Translations under genes and position numbers: made by a program
The notes under the pieces: model-generated
The model's input: the letters and a program-made list of their open reading frames with translations, nothing else
The model's database searches: none
Told to the model about the DNA's origin: nothing
Assembly (NCBI RefSeq): GCF_006345805.1
Contig: NC_043002.1
Location: 112,654,001 to 112,718,000, forward strand
Length of the DNA: 64,000 nt
From: Octopus sinensis
Lineage: Eukaryota
Reading direction: 5' to 3'
Part shown: piece by piece, positions 1 through 13,425 of the stretch
Numbering within the stretch: the stretch's first letter is position 1
How the letters are laid out: each line of letters starts with the position of its first letter

Positions 1-300
1 ATGTGGTGTGTGTGTGTGATCTGTGTGGTGTGTGTTTAACGTGTGTTTGTGTGTACACACATACTAAACACAACACACACATCACACACACACACATCAC
101 ACACACACACATCACACACACACACATCACACACACACACACATCACACACACACACACATCACACACACACATATCACACACACACAAACAAGCATACA
201 CACACAGGCACACACACATACACACAATATATATATATATATACATATATCCATATATCTATATATATGTATGTATTATGTGCATATGCATATGTGTGTA
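1..300. repeat. Compound (TG)n/(CA)n/(TA)n microsatellite with a ~15-bp ATCACACACACACAC periodicity
   Basis: Directly visible; the His/Thr-rich ORFs 3..311 and 43..354 are translations of this repeat. Confidence 0.9.
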
Positions 301-686
301 TATACCTTTAGGTTTATTCCCCGCCACTTCCTGGGTTTGACTAAGCCTTTGTAGGTAGTGACCCACATGATTGCAGTCCAATGATTGAAGCCAATAAAGG
401 ATAAAAGATATCTACACTTATTTGCATAGTGGGCTAGCAAAAGAGTTGGTCTAGCAACTGGAAAACTCGTCATCGAGGATGACGGAGATCCATTTCCTTT
501 ACTAGATGGATCAATGTTTACAATGGTTATGCTGAAAGAAAAGCTAAAGAAAAAAACCCGAGTTGATCAAAAATGCAATATTTATGATGTTATCAGTAAA
601 AAGGAAACATGACAAGTACATTAAGTAGGAACGTCGATGTCATTAGGTTTGCTCACTGGGTAATGTATCTATTATGTACAGATATA

Positions 687-851
687 GGCGCAGGAGTGGC
701 TGTGTGGTTAGTAGCTTGCTTACCAACCACATGGTTCCGGGTTCAGTCCCACTGCGTGGCATCTTGGGCAGGTGTCTTCTGCTATAGCCTCGAGTCGACC
801 ATAGTCTTGTGAGTAGATTTGGTAGACGGAAACTGAAAGAAGCCCGTCGTA

Positions 852-911
<60 letters not shown>

Positions 912-1157
912 GTGTGTGTGTGTGTGTGTGCGTGCGTGTATGTTTGTGTGTCTGTGTTTGTCCCCCTAGCATTGCTTGACAACCGATGCTGGTGTGTTTA
1001 TGTCCCCGTAACTTAGCGGTTCGGCAAAAGAGACCGATAGAATAAGTACTGGGCTTACAAAGAATAAGTCCCGGGGTCGATTTGCTCGATTAAAGGCGGT
1101 GCTCCAGCATGGCCGCAGTCAAATGACTGAAACAAGTAAAAGAGTAAAAGAGTAAAG
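687..1157 (+). mobile_element. tRNA-derived SINE, family A, full length with internal (TA)n(TG)n
   Basis: Head GGCGCAGGAGTGGCTGTGTGG with A-box-like TGGCTGTGTGG and B-box-like GGGTTCAGTCCC; central microsatellite; 3' tail CAGTCAAATGACTGAAACAAGTAAAAGAGTAAAAGAG. Eight near-identical copies in the window. Confidence 0.93.
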
Positions 1158-1255
1158 GGAGATACTATGTCTGAAAAACAGATCAGGTGTACGTGATTGG
1201 AACACTGTTGTTCACAGCCCTTCTCTATTATATCTAATATGGACTAAAAGAAATA

Positions 1256-2488
1256 TCAGGTCATCCCATAAGTTCTGTCCGAATTTTAAATAAAGAAAAC
1301 AAGTGATCAAATGTTATACTTAATTGAAATTTAATCATCAATGTACTTTCCCTGATTATCTATGACTCCCTTCCATCTATTTACAAGCTTTTTGATGTCA
1401 TCAATGTAAAACTCTTTTGGTTTCAAAATGAAGAACATTGAAATGTCAGTTTCGCCCTCCTCCTGGCTTGCGAAAGTTATGTCCCCCAAATGTAGTCCGA
1501 AGGAGCAAGATCGGGAGAATAAGGTGGATGAGGAATTTTTTCCCAACCAAGCTCTTCGATCTTCTGTGATGTGATCTTTGCAGTATGGGGTCACGCAGTG
1601 TCCTGATGAAACATCACTCCTTTTCGATTCACTAAAGCGGGTCTTTTTTTTCTTTAAAACTTGGCTCAAACGCCCTAATAGCTGACAGCAGACTTGAGCA
1701 TTGATCGTTGCATTAGGTGGTAACAATTCAAAGTGAATCCCAGCAGATAGACAGAAAAAACATTTTTTCCCTTCTCGGTTGTGGTTGAGCTTTTTCCCTT
1801 TTACCAAGCCACTGTGTACGACGTTTAACATTTCGATAGAAGATCCATTTTTCGTTACCAGTCATAAGTCTATCCAAAAAGGGTGAAATGAGTTCGCGAG
1901 AATGAAGAGAATAGCAGATGTCAACTCAGGATTTGCGGTTGCTTTCGGACAATTCATGGGGCACCCATTTTCCAAGTTTAGGAAACTTTCCAAGTTGTTG
2001 AAGATGACGATAAACAGTTGTATTGTTTGAACTAAGCTTTATTGCCAATTGTTCAACTGATAATGCAGGATTTTCTTCAAGTAATGCCTCAAGGAGCTTA
2101 TCATCAAACTCAACTGGACGTCCTGTTCGATCTTCATCTTCAAGGCTGAAATCTCCACTTCTAAATTTTGCAAACCATCTTCTGTAAAGTTCTTTCATTC
2201 AAGCATCGTTTCTCATAAACTGAGTGTATGTTTCGGATCGCAGTTTTCTTTTTTTGTACTCATAAAGCATTATGTGCCTCAAATGCTCTTTGGATACTTC
2301 CATGTTAGAAAGGGTTTTAATCAAAGAAATTTTAAATTCTATTATTCTGTAAAATAATATTTAATTAGTTTAAGTGTACACAAATGCATCGAAATAATTT
2401 TTAATTCCATTAGACATTCTAAAATACTATTAAATTTCATTCAATTTTAAAAAAGGTAAAATCGGACAGAACTTAAGGGATGACCTGA
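1256..2488 (-). mobile_element. Mariner (Tc1/mariner) DNA transposon, defective, both TIRs intact
   Basis: TIR TCAGGTCATCCCATAAGTTCTGTCCGA at 1256 and its inverse ending at 2488, flanked by TA on both sides. Minus-strand transposase pieces include RRWFAKFRSGDFSLEDEDRTGRP, WVPHEL, TGNEKW, FHQD and YSPDLAPSD; stops and deletions present. Confidence 0.96.
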
Positions 2489-2514
2489 TATAACTGTCAA
2501 GGGACCTTTTACTA

Positions 2515-2586
2515 AGATATTCCACATCTTAAAAATAGTAGCCAAATATCCCTCAAATCACAGACTGTTGTCTTAAGAAAGAAAAC
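2515..2586 (+). repeat. Old dispersed repeat fragment (AAATAGYAGCCAAAT.TCCCTCAAATCACA..CT.TTGTCTTAA)
   Basis: A diverged second copy lies at ~47845-47915; matched by eye only. Confidence 0.45.
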
Positions 2587-2869
2587 AAAATAGATAATTG
2601 ATTTTAATACTTCTTAATAGACAGTATGATCATTGTTCGAGTGCCTTTCATCATATACTTGCTTCCATCAGAGCTGGAAGGAGTCAACAACCAACCATTA
2701 AACTTATAGATTTTGCGCAGCTTGAGTTTGCGCTGACTATCTGGAGCACCTCTACACCCAGAAATTTCTCCCAGACTTATCGGCATTGTCTTTGTTCTAA
2801 CCCAGAGAGACCGGGGAAGAAAAGCAAGGACATCACACGGGGACTTAAATCAGTCTTTCTCTGCTCTTT

Positions 2870-2971
2870 CTCTCTTGCTTTTTCCACCTTCCTTCTCCTA
2901 TCTCTCTCTTTCTCTCTCTCTCCCCTCTCTCTCTCTCCCCCTTTCTCTCTCTCTCTCTATCTATCTGTCTG

Positions 2972-3040
<69 letters not shown>
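2870..3040. repeat. (TC)n + (TATC)n microsatellite
   Basis: Directly visible. Confidence 0.95.
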
Positions 3041-3041
<1 letters not shown>

Positions 3042-3786
3042 AGACAGGCGATCAGAAAGGCAGGTAGACAGGCAGATAGGCAGACAGAAAAGCAGGCATG
3101 TATAAGGAGAAACCCTGGGGCCGAACGGAAATGTTTTAGCGGTTTGACCACTGAACATCTAGAAGCAACATTTGAAGACCGAATGGTATCAATTAATAAA
3201 AAGATACGTTGAGAAGGTCGACAGCGGTGGTGGCGGTGGTGGCGGTTGTGGCGGTTGTGGCGGCGGCGGCGGTGGCGATGACGGTGGAGGGGATGTGGTG
3301 GTGGTGGTGGTGTTGATGGTTGCAGTAACGGTGCTGGTGATGACGCGGAGAAGAGATAGTGCTCGTACCGTTGTTAGTGCTGAAACTATCGAAGCCTTCT
3401 GCTGGTGCGGATACTGAGGATGAGGAAAAGAAAGTAATGTAAAATTATTGCAGTACAATTCCTTTCCTTCTTTCTTTCACCCTTTCCGTCTTTCTTTCTC
3501 ACTTTCTTCTTTCCTGTCTTTCTTAATTTCTTCATCTCCGTCTTCTCTTGCTTCTTTCTTTCTTTCTGCCTTTCTTTGCATCTATAATTTCATTTAACGT
3601 TGATTTGACAACTGGAAGGAAACGAACAAACCATCGCAACTGTTGCCAGGAATTGGCTAATAACACTCCGCTGATAAATATTCATAGATTTAGATGTGAG
3701 TATGCGTGTGCGCCTAGGAGGGGGTGTTGGAGATGTGGGGTAGTGTAGGAGGAAGGGAGAAACTCGATATTTAACACTATACACAT

Positions 3787-3808
3787 ATCTATCTATCTAT
3801 CTGTCTAA

Positions 3809-3881
<73 letters not shown>

Positions 3882-3901
3882 AGTCTATCTATCTATCTAT
3901 C
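3787..3901. repeat. (TATC)n microsatellite
   Basis: Directly visible. Confidence 0.95.
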
Positions 3902-3914
3902 ATTTTTCTCCCTG

Positions 3915-4870
3915 TCTGCCAAGAATGGGCGGTAGTGGCATGGTGGTACTTTTTCGCAAGAGTCTGGATCTCGAAGTAAAGACGATATTCGTAGACCCGG
4001 AGGGTAGACTGGTTCTGGATATCGACGGCAGTCTATGCACCGCCTTTAACAGGTCGGCCGGATTTCTTTCGACGTCTAGAAGTATTCCTGTGAACGTCTC
4101 GTCCTTTACTTTTAGTGGGGGATTGGAATGCTCCCTTGGACACGCATCTAGACTACGTGGGGAGAGACGAAAATAGACGGGGATGTAAATGCCTCAGACA
4201 CCTGCTCAGACGCTTTCAACTGTCTGACAGGTACCGCCTCGACCACCCAAATGTGCCAACGTGGACATGGAGCAACCGCATTGGGTCGTCGAGATCGTAT
4301 CTAGATATGATACTATGCAGGACAGCAGATAGGGATAGCTTAGGATGTCCACAATTCCACATAGTCAGCAACACAGATCACAAACTTGTGACGTGTACGT
4401 TAGACTTAGATAAGGCACATAGGCAGGGTCTCGGTTACGGGAAACTGAACGCGTCTTTCCCGTCGAGACAGGTTTTCAGAAACCGAATTAGCACACTAGT
4501 AAAGAGGGCTTTGACGGGAGCCATCGTCAACAACAAATGGTGGTTTGCCCTCAGGAGAGCAGTAAAAGCAGACGCCATTAGATATAGCAAAACACTAGCC
4601 ATAGAGAGAAACAGAGTAGAGGGTGAGCTAGTTAAGAAGTTAGAAGAGGCAATAAGAAGCGGCATCACATCCGACGTTTTGGCGGTCAGGTTGGCCCTCG
4701 ACCAACACTTCAACGCCAAACACGAAGGGTGTGCTGTCAGGGCTAGGATGTGTGCTCTAAGGATGGAAGGTGTTGGAGCCGTGAGAGAGGCCCGGGTGGC
4801 GGAGGTGCAACGGGGCAACAAAGCCACCATTCGGTCTCTGGTAGATGAACAGGGACGCGAGTTGTGCGGG
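3915..4870 (+). mobile_element. L1/Tx1-clade LINE fragment: APE endonuclease and EN-RT linker (pseudogene)
   Basis: ORF 4115..4960 carries APE motifs GDWN, DRYR..HP..PTWTW and SRSYLD, followed by NNKWW and KHEGCAVRAR linker; upstream frame has GGMVVLFRK. No RT domain follows. Confidence 0.85.
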
Positions 4871-5045
4871 ACGCAATGGCAGAATGCTCGAGGTTCGTTT
4901 ATTTTCGTTCAGCGTCTGGTCGTCTTAGAGGTGCCCTGTGTCAAAAAATATCATTCGTAGCGGACGTTCTCTCGACATCGCTCACACACGCCTGACTCGG
5001 ATTCAATGCAATTTTTGGCCTGCTATCGCCTGTGTCTCGCAAATT

Positions 5046-5143
<98 letters not shown>

Positions 5144-6023
5144 TTTGCGGAACATGCAACTACTTAGCTATCCCTGCTTAACTTAAACCCCATCAATTTT
5201 TACGCACTCCTCTCGTACAATAAGAGTACATATTAAACGAAGTGGTGCGCAACAATGTCGCGTACAAAATGGAGTCATAGTCTCGGCTTGATCCATTATC
5301 AAGAAGCAATCTGATACTCGACAAAGGAGTCTGGTGAGATGAGAGTTATGTTTATGCATGTAAAAGATATATATATATGCATATACATAACAATGTTCAT
5401 ATACTTATATATTCACCTATAAATGTGTCTACACTAAAATATATGCGGTAGGTGTAAGTGCGTGTTAATGTATGTATATATATGTATGCCTGTATGTATA
5501 TACATAAACATGTATGTGTGTGTGTATGTATGTATTTATCATGTATGTATGTATCTATACATGTATATATGTGTGTGTTTGTAAGACTATGCATACATAG
5601 ACACACAAAACAACCAGCCAGCCAACCAACCAAGCAACCAACTAAACAAACAAACAAACATAATACTTTTCTCATGTCATCTCGGAGGTAAAAATATGAA
5701 TTGAATAAATTGTATAACTTATTATTCAAACATGTCTGTCGTAAATCATATTACTGGGCAAATTGTCTAAACAAGTGAGGGGAGAGTGAGGAACTGACAG
5801 AGAGAGTAGCATAAGAAAATGATTGATATTTCTCTGGTATTTGATCTTGCTACGATCTTGCCAAATGGACAATGTACAATGGTGAACCAAAAGTTTGTTA
5901 CGCTGTGTTGTGGTAACTCTCCAACATCCAACAAGAATTATATAGTGCCACGTAGTAGAAGAATATCAAAAAAATGTATCGTCATCTTTTGTAGTCAATT
6001 TGGTTGTTGTCGCTGTTGTTATG

Positions 6024-6024
6024 A

Positions 6025-6078
<54 letters not shown>

Positions 6079-6122
6079 CATCATCATCATCATCATTATT
6101 ATCATCATCATCATCATCATCA

Positions 6123-6171
<49 letters not shown>

Positions 6172-6183
6172 CATCATCATCAA

Positions 6184-6220
<37 letters not shown>

Positions 6221-6248
6221 ATTATTATTATTATCATTATTATTATTA

Positions 6249-6284
<36 letters not shown>

Positions 6285-6346
6285 CATTATTATTATCATT
6301 ATTATGATTATTATTATTATTATTATTATCATTGTTATTATTATTA

Positions 6347-6395
<49 letters not shown>

Positions 6396-6605
6396 CATTA
6401 TTATTATTATTGATGTTGTTATTACTACTACTTCCGATACTATCACCATCCTTGTTATTTTATTAATACAATTATTATTATGATTATTATTGTTGTTGTT
6501 ATCATTATTATTATTTTTATTATCATTATTATTTTTATTATTATTATTATTATTAATATTATATAGTAGTAGTAGCAGTAGCAGAAGCAGCAGTAGTAGT
6601 AGTAG

Positions 6606-6641
<36 letters not shown>
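6024..6641. repeat. Large (ATT)n/(ATC)n/(AGT)n trinucleotide tract
   Basis: Directly visible; source of the poly-I/L/Y/S ORFs. Confidence 0.97.
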
Positions 6642-6643
<2 letters not shown>

Positions 6644-6803
6644 TTTTACATCATTCATTTTCCAACATTGGCATTCATTTTCAATGTCTATTTCCATAAT
6701 TTACAGTCTATCTAGCTGTCTATTGATCTATCATAGCTTCTCTCTCTCTTTCTTTCTCTTTCTGTAAATATATATGTGTATATATGTATACATACATACA
6801 TAG

Positions 6804-6865
<62 letters not shown>

Positions 6866-7318
6866 GTGCGTGTATGTATGCATATATGTATATATATTTG
6901 TGAATGTGTCTCTGTGTGTATACAGACACACACACACACACATACACACACGCATATATATATATACGTATATATATTTACACCTATATATGCATATATA
7001 CATGCACATATATGCATACGTATATGAATATATATAAATATATATATAGTGTGTGCGTGTAATTATGTGTGCAGGTATGGATGTGCGGGTCGCGGTTTAC
7101 GTGTATGTGTTCCTAATACCAGAATTTAAGTATCCAAATGCACTCCCTCACAGCTTTTTCGTCACTGTGTTTCTTATGTCTTTATATTATTTCGCTGAAT
7201 CTATTAGTGTATTCTTATATGTCTGGCAATCATGCTTACACAGTTTCTTTTCCCAACAACTTCCGGTTCAGTAATATTTTAATCCTATGGAACATCCTAC
7301 CGTTTTAAAAGATGATAT

Positions 7319-7693
7319 GGGATGGAAGCACTCCGTCGGGTTCCGATTGATCCGAATCAACGGAACAGCCTGCTCGTGAAATTAACGTGTAAGTGGCTGA
7401 GCACTCCACAGACACGTGCACCCTTAGGGTAGTTCTCTAGGATATTCAGCGTGACACAGAGAGTGACAAGGCCGGCCCCTTGAAATACAGGTACAACAGA
7501 AACAGGACGTAAGAGTGAGAGAAAGTTGTGGTGAAAGAGTACAGCAGGGATCACCACCATCCCCTGCCGGAGCCTCGTGGAGCTTTAGGTGTTTTCGCTC
7601 AATAAACACTCAGAACGCCCGGTCTGGGAATCGAAACCGCGATCCTATGACCGCGAGTCCGCTGCCCTAACCACTGGGCCATTGCGCCTCCAC
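7319..7693 (-). mobile_element. tRNA-derived SINE, family B, full length
   Basis: Head GTGGAGGCGCAATGGCCCAGTGG..GTTTCGATTCCC; tail CGTCGTAACCGACGGAGTGCTTCCATCC-like; 12-bp TSD AAAAGATGATAT at 7307-7318 and 7694-7705. Confidence 0.95.
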
Positions 7694-8768
7694 AAAAGAT
7701 GATATAGCTCTAAATACGCTGTATGTAAGACAAGGGATAAGTTGGTAACGGTTGTATTTTTTCTGCTCGATCAAGCTGTGATGGAGTGAAACAACAAGAA
7801 CCGAATTCAACATGGCAACATACAGAATCTAGAGATCCCGGGTAAAATTTACAATAAATATTATTTGCTGAAGGCCAAGCGAACGATGTGGGAAAGTTTT
7901 CGTCCCTATATAACATAGGTAAATTCAAAATTTTCTAGTGTCTGTTTCATTTTTTGCACTCCCTATAACTATCACTATGAAGAACCGCCACCGCCAACAC
8001 CATTTTCGTCCCCATCTCCAAAAGCGGTATTAATACAAAACAGAATTGAAACCTAGTATCTAAATACATCAACATATATCGCCAACAACAATCCAGTGCA
8101 ATCTTCAATTTTTTAAGATGGCCGGCGGGTGTGATTCATGTGAGATTTGGCTACTATTTTTGCTTGTCAGATAACTTCTCCAAGCTTAGTCCTTATATTG
8201 CGCCCGCTCACATACCTACAGACGCACTCGCTCTCTCTCTCTCTCTCTCACTCACACACACACACACACCACACACACACACACACACACTCACACATAC
8301 ATACAAGTTTTATTTATATAAAATATGTGTGCACATGCATTGTACTATTATTAATGAAACGTCCACCTAGTCCATCATTGATAAAAAAAAAGCATCTTTC
8401 TGGAGCTATGTAAATGGAAAGTAAATACTATGTAACGCGTTTACAATCAGCTAACAACGCTGATCTTCCCTTTAATTTCTGATTATGAAAAAATGTGAAT
8501 AATCTTTTGCTAAAGCCTAATTTTGAATGTAAACTACATTTGAATACTGCCCAGCTTGTTCCTATATTAGAACTAAATGAGCATGGAAACGCAGCAGAAT
8601 CAACTTCTGTTCATTTTTTTTTTTTTTTTGAAACTCGTTGATACTCCTTTATAATTCAAAGAAAATCCATGTATCATCGAGCAAGAAAACAAGAACAATC
8701 TTATAGTCGTAACTATGACATGTCGTTACTTTGGTATGACTTGATAAGCTTTCTTCATACTGGTCGGG

Positions 8769-8835
<67 letters not shown>

Positions 8836-9359
8836 GTATATATGTATGTATGTATAGGCATGCACACATACACAGACTCATACGCATATATATAATTATA
8901 TGTCTGACACTGTTTGTATGTATTCGTATATATGATATATATACATCTTGTTTTCGTATATATGATATATATAAATCTTGTTTGTATGCGTGTGCATTCT
9001 CACGCTTGTTGAATGCGTACTTGTGTTTTCGATCGTGCGCGTAGTATGTAGTGTGGCTTAGTGTGTATGGGTGTGTTTGGTCGTGTTCGTGTGCGTGTGC
9101 GTGTGTGTTCATGTTGGTGTGTGTGTGTGTATGTGTACAACCACGTGTGTGCAAGCGTGTATGTGTGTGCATGAATTCTGTAATAAACACATGGCAGATG
9201 CTGAAGGTTATCGACGTTAAGGAGAAAATTACCATCGCCCTGCAGACCGAAACCGGAGCCTGGTAATCGATTCTCATCTGTATCCGGGTACTACGGGTGT
9301 TGTGTACTATCGTGATGATGATGATGATCGATAGTAGTACAAACAATATTCCTAGCCAG

Positions 9360-9419
9360 CATGCGTGTGTGGTTGTGTGTACGTGTGTACGTGTTTGAGT
9401 GTGTGTGTGTGTGTGTGCG

Positions 9420-9460
<41 letters not shown>

Positions 9461-9576
9461 ACGAGTGTGTGTTTGAGTGTGTGTGTGTGCGTGTGTGTGT
9501 GTGCATGCGCGCGCGCGCGCGTGTGTGTGTGTACGAGTGTGTGTTTGTGTGTGTGCGTGTGTGTGTGGGTGTGTGT

Positions 9577-9614
<38 letters not shown>

Positions 9615-9622
9615 GTGTGTGA
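9360..9622. repeat. (TG)n/(CG)n compound microsatellite
   Basis: Directly visible. Confidence 0.95.
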
Positions 9623-9929
9623 GATAGTGAATGTGAACGAAAGAGCAACAAACTACTCGATACAGTGTTAAACTATCCATTTGTTGAAAGATGAAACACC
9701 ACACATTCGCATACTCCACTATGGTTACACGCATATACACGAACATACTTGTGTGTGTGCGCGCGTGTGTACGTGTGTGTACGTGCGTGCGTGCGTGCGT
9801 GTCGTAATGTAACAATTGTAAATAGTAGAACTCATCCAAGGGCGAAACTCGGAGTAGAACGTTAATTTCGGAATTCGTATAAAATTGTTTGAAAACACAT
9901 ATGGACATATGTATTTTCTTTAGGACATA

Positions 9930-10328
9930 CTAGCAGTATCGCCCGGCGTTGCTCGGGTTTGTAAGGGAAATAACTATATAAGCATTTTTAGAGATGTAAA
10001 GTATAATAGCCATCTCAATATGGCTAACTACAAAGGTGGGGGGTGTTACTGTAGCTTTTTAGGTTCTGAGATTTAATAATAAATTTTTAGAGAGTTGCTT
10101 CCCTTATATATGCCAAAAATGCATTAAAAATGGGGAAAATTTATGGTAAATTATTTTTAAAATCGTAGACTCATCGTAGACGCGCGCTAATACCCAGAAG
10201 GGCTCGATATGAATCACGACTATAAGATACCCGGTTTTGGTTAAACTGCACAGCAAAATGTGTGAGTAGTTAGGAATCTAAATCGTAGGAGACAGACAGC
10301 ACACAACCTCACTTTTATATATAAAATT
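9930..10328 (-). mobile_element. Non-autonomous Helitron, copy 1
   Basis: Minus strand ends CCCGAGCAACGCCGGG hairpin, GATACTG, CTAG|T; its 5' end TTTATATATAAAAGTGAG is slightly mutated here. Four homologous copies in the window. Confidence 0.88.
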
Positions 10329-10610
10329 AGATTTATTGTTGTTGCGATATTAGCCGTAAAGGCATATACATACATTTTTGATGTGTATTAAAAACCTGCA
10401 ATCGTTGCATTTTCCGATTATCCTCGAAACCTGGTAGCATGCCTGCAGATCTCACGTGAGATACTTGTGCACAGAAACATCATGGTTGAAAACGTTCATC
10501 CTTATCTCTTGCTAAGACAGTTTATCTCAGCTAATTCCGTCTAGTCAACTAGCACGAGATATGTTACACCCTGTATCAGTTAGCTAGACTGAAATATTTG
10601 AGGACTATAT

Positions 10611-10999
10611 GGGATGGAAGCACTCCGTCGGTTGCGACGATGAGGGTTCCGGTTGAGCCGAATCAACGGAACAGCCTGCTCGTGAAATTAACGTGTAGTG
10701 GCTGAGCACTCCACAGACACGTATACCCTTAACGTAGTTCTCGGGGATATTCAGCGTGACACAGAGAGTGACAAGGCCGGCCCCTTGAAATACAGGTACA
10801 ACAGAAAGAGGAAGTAAGAATGAGAGAAAGTTGTGGTGAAAGAGTACAGCAGGGATCACCACCATCCCCTGCCGAAGCCTCGTGGAGCTTTTAGGTGTTT
10901 TTGCTCAATAAACATTCACAACGCCCGGTCTGGGAATCGAAACCGCGATCCTATGACCGCGAGTCCGTTGCCCTAACCACTGGGCCATTGCGCCTTCAC
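10611..10999 (-). mobile_element. SINE family B, full length
   Basis: Same consensus as 7319-7693; 12-bp TSD TGAGGACTATAT at 10599-10610 and 11000-11011. Confidence 0.96.
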
Positions 11000-11681
11000 T
11001 GAGGACTATATAGTATTATAGTTTAACATCTGAAAAGTCTTTCCTTAATTTCTAATGCTAAGATGAATTGCTCCCTGGTTACATCTGAAAAAAGGGTTAT
11101 TTACATATGTTTACTCTAGATAATCCCTTCATCCCTTCATATTACCGAATGTACGATGGAACACACGCGAACACATGTGGACTTCTCAACATTAATATAA
11201 GACAAGTAGCATGCGCGAACCCTGAACATCCGAACCAATATTGCAAGCTTATAAAGTCAACACTATGTTCACTGCTGAACGAACTGATGGAGATGGAGAT
11301 GGCTTAAAGTTAGTTATACATACATGTATACATACGTGTGTGTATATATGTATAGCTTTTACGAACTGAAAACATCAAGGGAGTACTGTAATAATACGGT
11401 GGCTGTTATTCTAGAGACTACATACAATTATTGTTAGCGTTCTTGGGGGAATACATAAGTAATATCGTCATATTCAGCCAAAATATCATTAAATATAGAA
11501 AATCCACCAACTGTGAATTGTATGTGCACACTCACACAAACACAAGCACGCACACACTTACACACATACACATACATATACACACACACACATATATATA
11601 CATGCGTATGTGTCTGTGTGTTCAAAATCTCTTTCAAGAAGTTTTTGGACAATAAACCACTTGACACTGAAATATGAGGAA

Positions 11682-11738
<57 letters not shown>

Positions 11739-12168
11739 GTACATACATATACTTACAGACACACACAAGCACATATGACACACGTATGGTGATATTGTCA
11801 TCAGCAATAACAAAATGATTCATAATATCTTGATTAAAATAATATTCTAAAGACAAGACGTTACTAAAATTATGAATCAATCAAGCAAGCAAGCAAGTTA
11901 GTAGTGAGATATAAAGTGCACTTTACATGAACTAACTGGTGTACACCAGTTATTTTATGAACCTCTACGTTCTAAGATCAAATCTGTGTGGAAACGATTT
12001 CGCTTTTGAACATATTAGATTTATTATTGTTGCGATATTTGAACACAGACTAAAAAGAGATAGAACTCAATATCGCAAGGTTATGTGTTCAGCGTTTTAG
12101 TGTTTCTGTTGTCCACCATCAAAAGTTCTGTATTGTATTAATGTACAACACTGAATTATACATATATA

Positions 12169-13425
12169 TCAGGTCATCCCATAAGATCTGTCCGAATTTT
12201 GAATAAAGAAAACAAGTGATCAAATGTTATATTTGATTGAAATTTAATCATCAATGTACTTTCCCTGATCATCTATGGCTTCATTTCCATCTATTTACGA
12301 GATTTTTGATGTCATCAATGTAAAACTTTTCTGGTTTCAAAGCGAAGAACATTGAAATGTCAGTTTCGACCTCCTCCTGGTTTGCGAAAGTTATGTCTCC
12401 CAAATGATTCTGTAAACTACGAAACAAATGGTAGTCTGAAGGAACAAGTTCGGGAGAATAAGGTGGATGAGGAATTTTTTCCCAACCAAGCTCTTCGATC
12501 TTCTGTGATGTGATCTTTGCAGTGTGGGGTCACGCAGTATCCTGATGAAACATCACTCCTTTTCGATTCACTAAAGCGGGTCTTTTTTTCTTTAAAGCTT
12601 GGCTCAAATGCTCTAATTGCTGACAGTAGACTTGAGCATTGATTGTTGCATTAAGTGGTAACAATTCAAAGTGAATTACTCCTTTGCAATCCCACCAGAT
12701 AGACAGAAAAAACATTTTTTCCCACAAAGTTCCCTTCTCGGTTGTGGTTGAGCTTTTTCCCTTTTACCAAGCCACTGTGTACGACATTTAACATTTCGAT
12801 AGAAGATCCATTTTTCGTTACCAGTCACAAGTCTATCCAAAAAGGGTGAAATGAGTTCGCGAGAATGAAGAGAATAGCAAATGTCAACTCAGGATTTGCG
12901 GTTGCTTTTGGACAATTCATGTGGCACTCATTTTCCAAGTTTAGAAACCTTTCCAAGTTTAGGAATGACGATGAACAGTTGTATTGTTTGAACTAAGCTT
13001 TATTGCCAATTGTTCAACTGATAATGCAGGATTTTCTTCAAGTAATGCCTCAAGGAGCTTATCATCAAACTCAACTGGACGACCTGTTCGATCTTCATCT
13101 TCAAGGCTGAAATCTCCACTTTCGAGTTCTTTCATTCAAGCATCCTTTTCCATAAACTGAGTGTATGTTTCGAATCGCAGAGTTTCCTTTTTTGTACTCA
13201 TAAAGCATTAAGTGCCTCAAATGCTCTTTAGATACTTCCATGTTAGAAAGGGTTTTAATAAAAAAAAATGTAATTCTATTATTCTGTAAAATAATATTTA
13301 ATTAGTTTAAGTGTACACAAATACATCGAAATAATTTATAATTCCATTAGACATTGTAAAATACTATTAAATTTCATTCAATTTTAAAAAAGGTAAAATC
13401 GGACAGAAATTATGGGATGACCTGA
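12169..13425 (-). mobile_element. Mariner transposon, second defective copy, both TIRs intact
   Basis: TIR TCAGGTCATCCCATAAGATCTGTCCGA at 12169 and inverse ending 13425, TA flanks; ORF 12530..12727 SIWWDCKGVIHFELL...FHQD; closely similar to 1256-2488. Confidence 0.96.

Noticed and set aside
370-430. Two CCAAT boxes and an ATTTGCAT octamer close together
   Set aside because: Short motifs expected by chance; no downstream gene or snRNA recognised.
2598-2860. TIKLIDFAQ resembling a kinase IKLIDFG or inositol-kinase IDFA motif, with an upstream CCATCAG acceptor-like site
   Set aside because: Single short motif, no other kinase subdomains, no good donor; the ORF runs into microsatellite.
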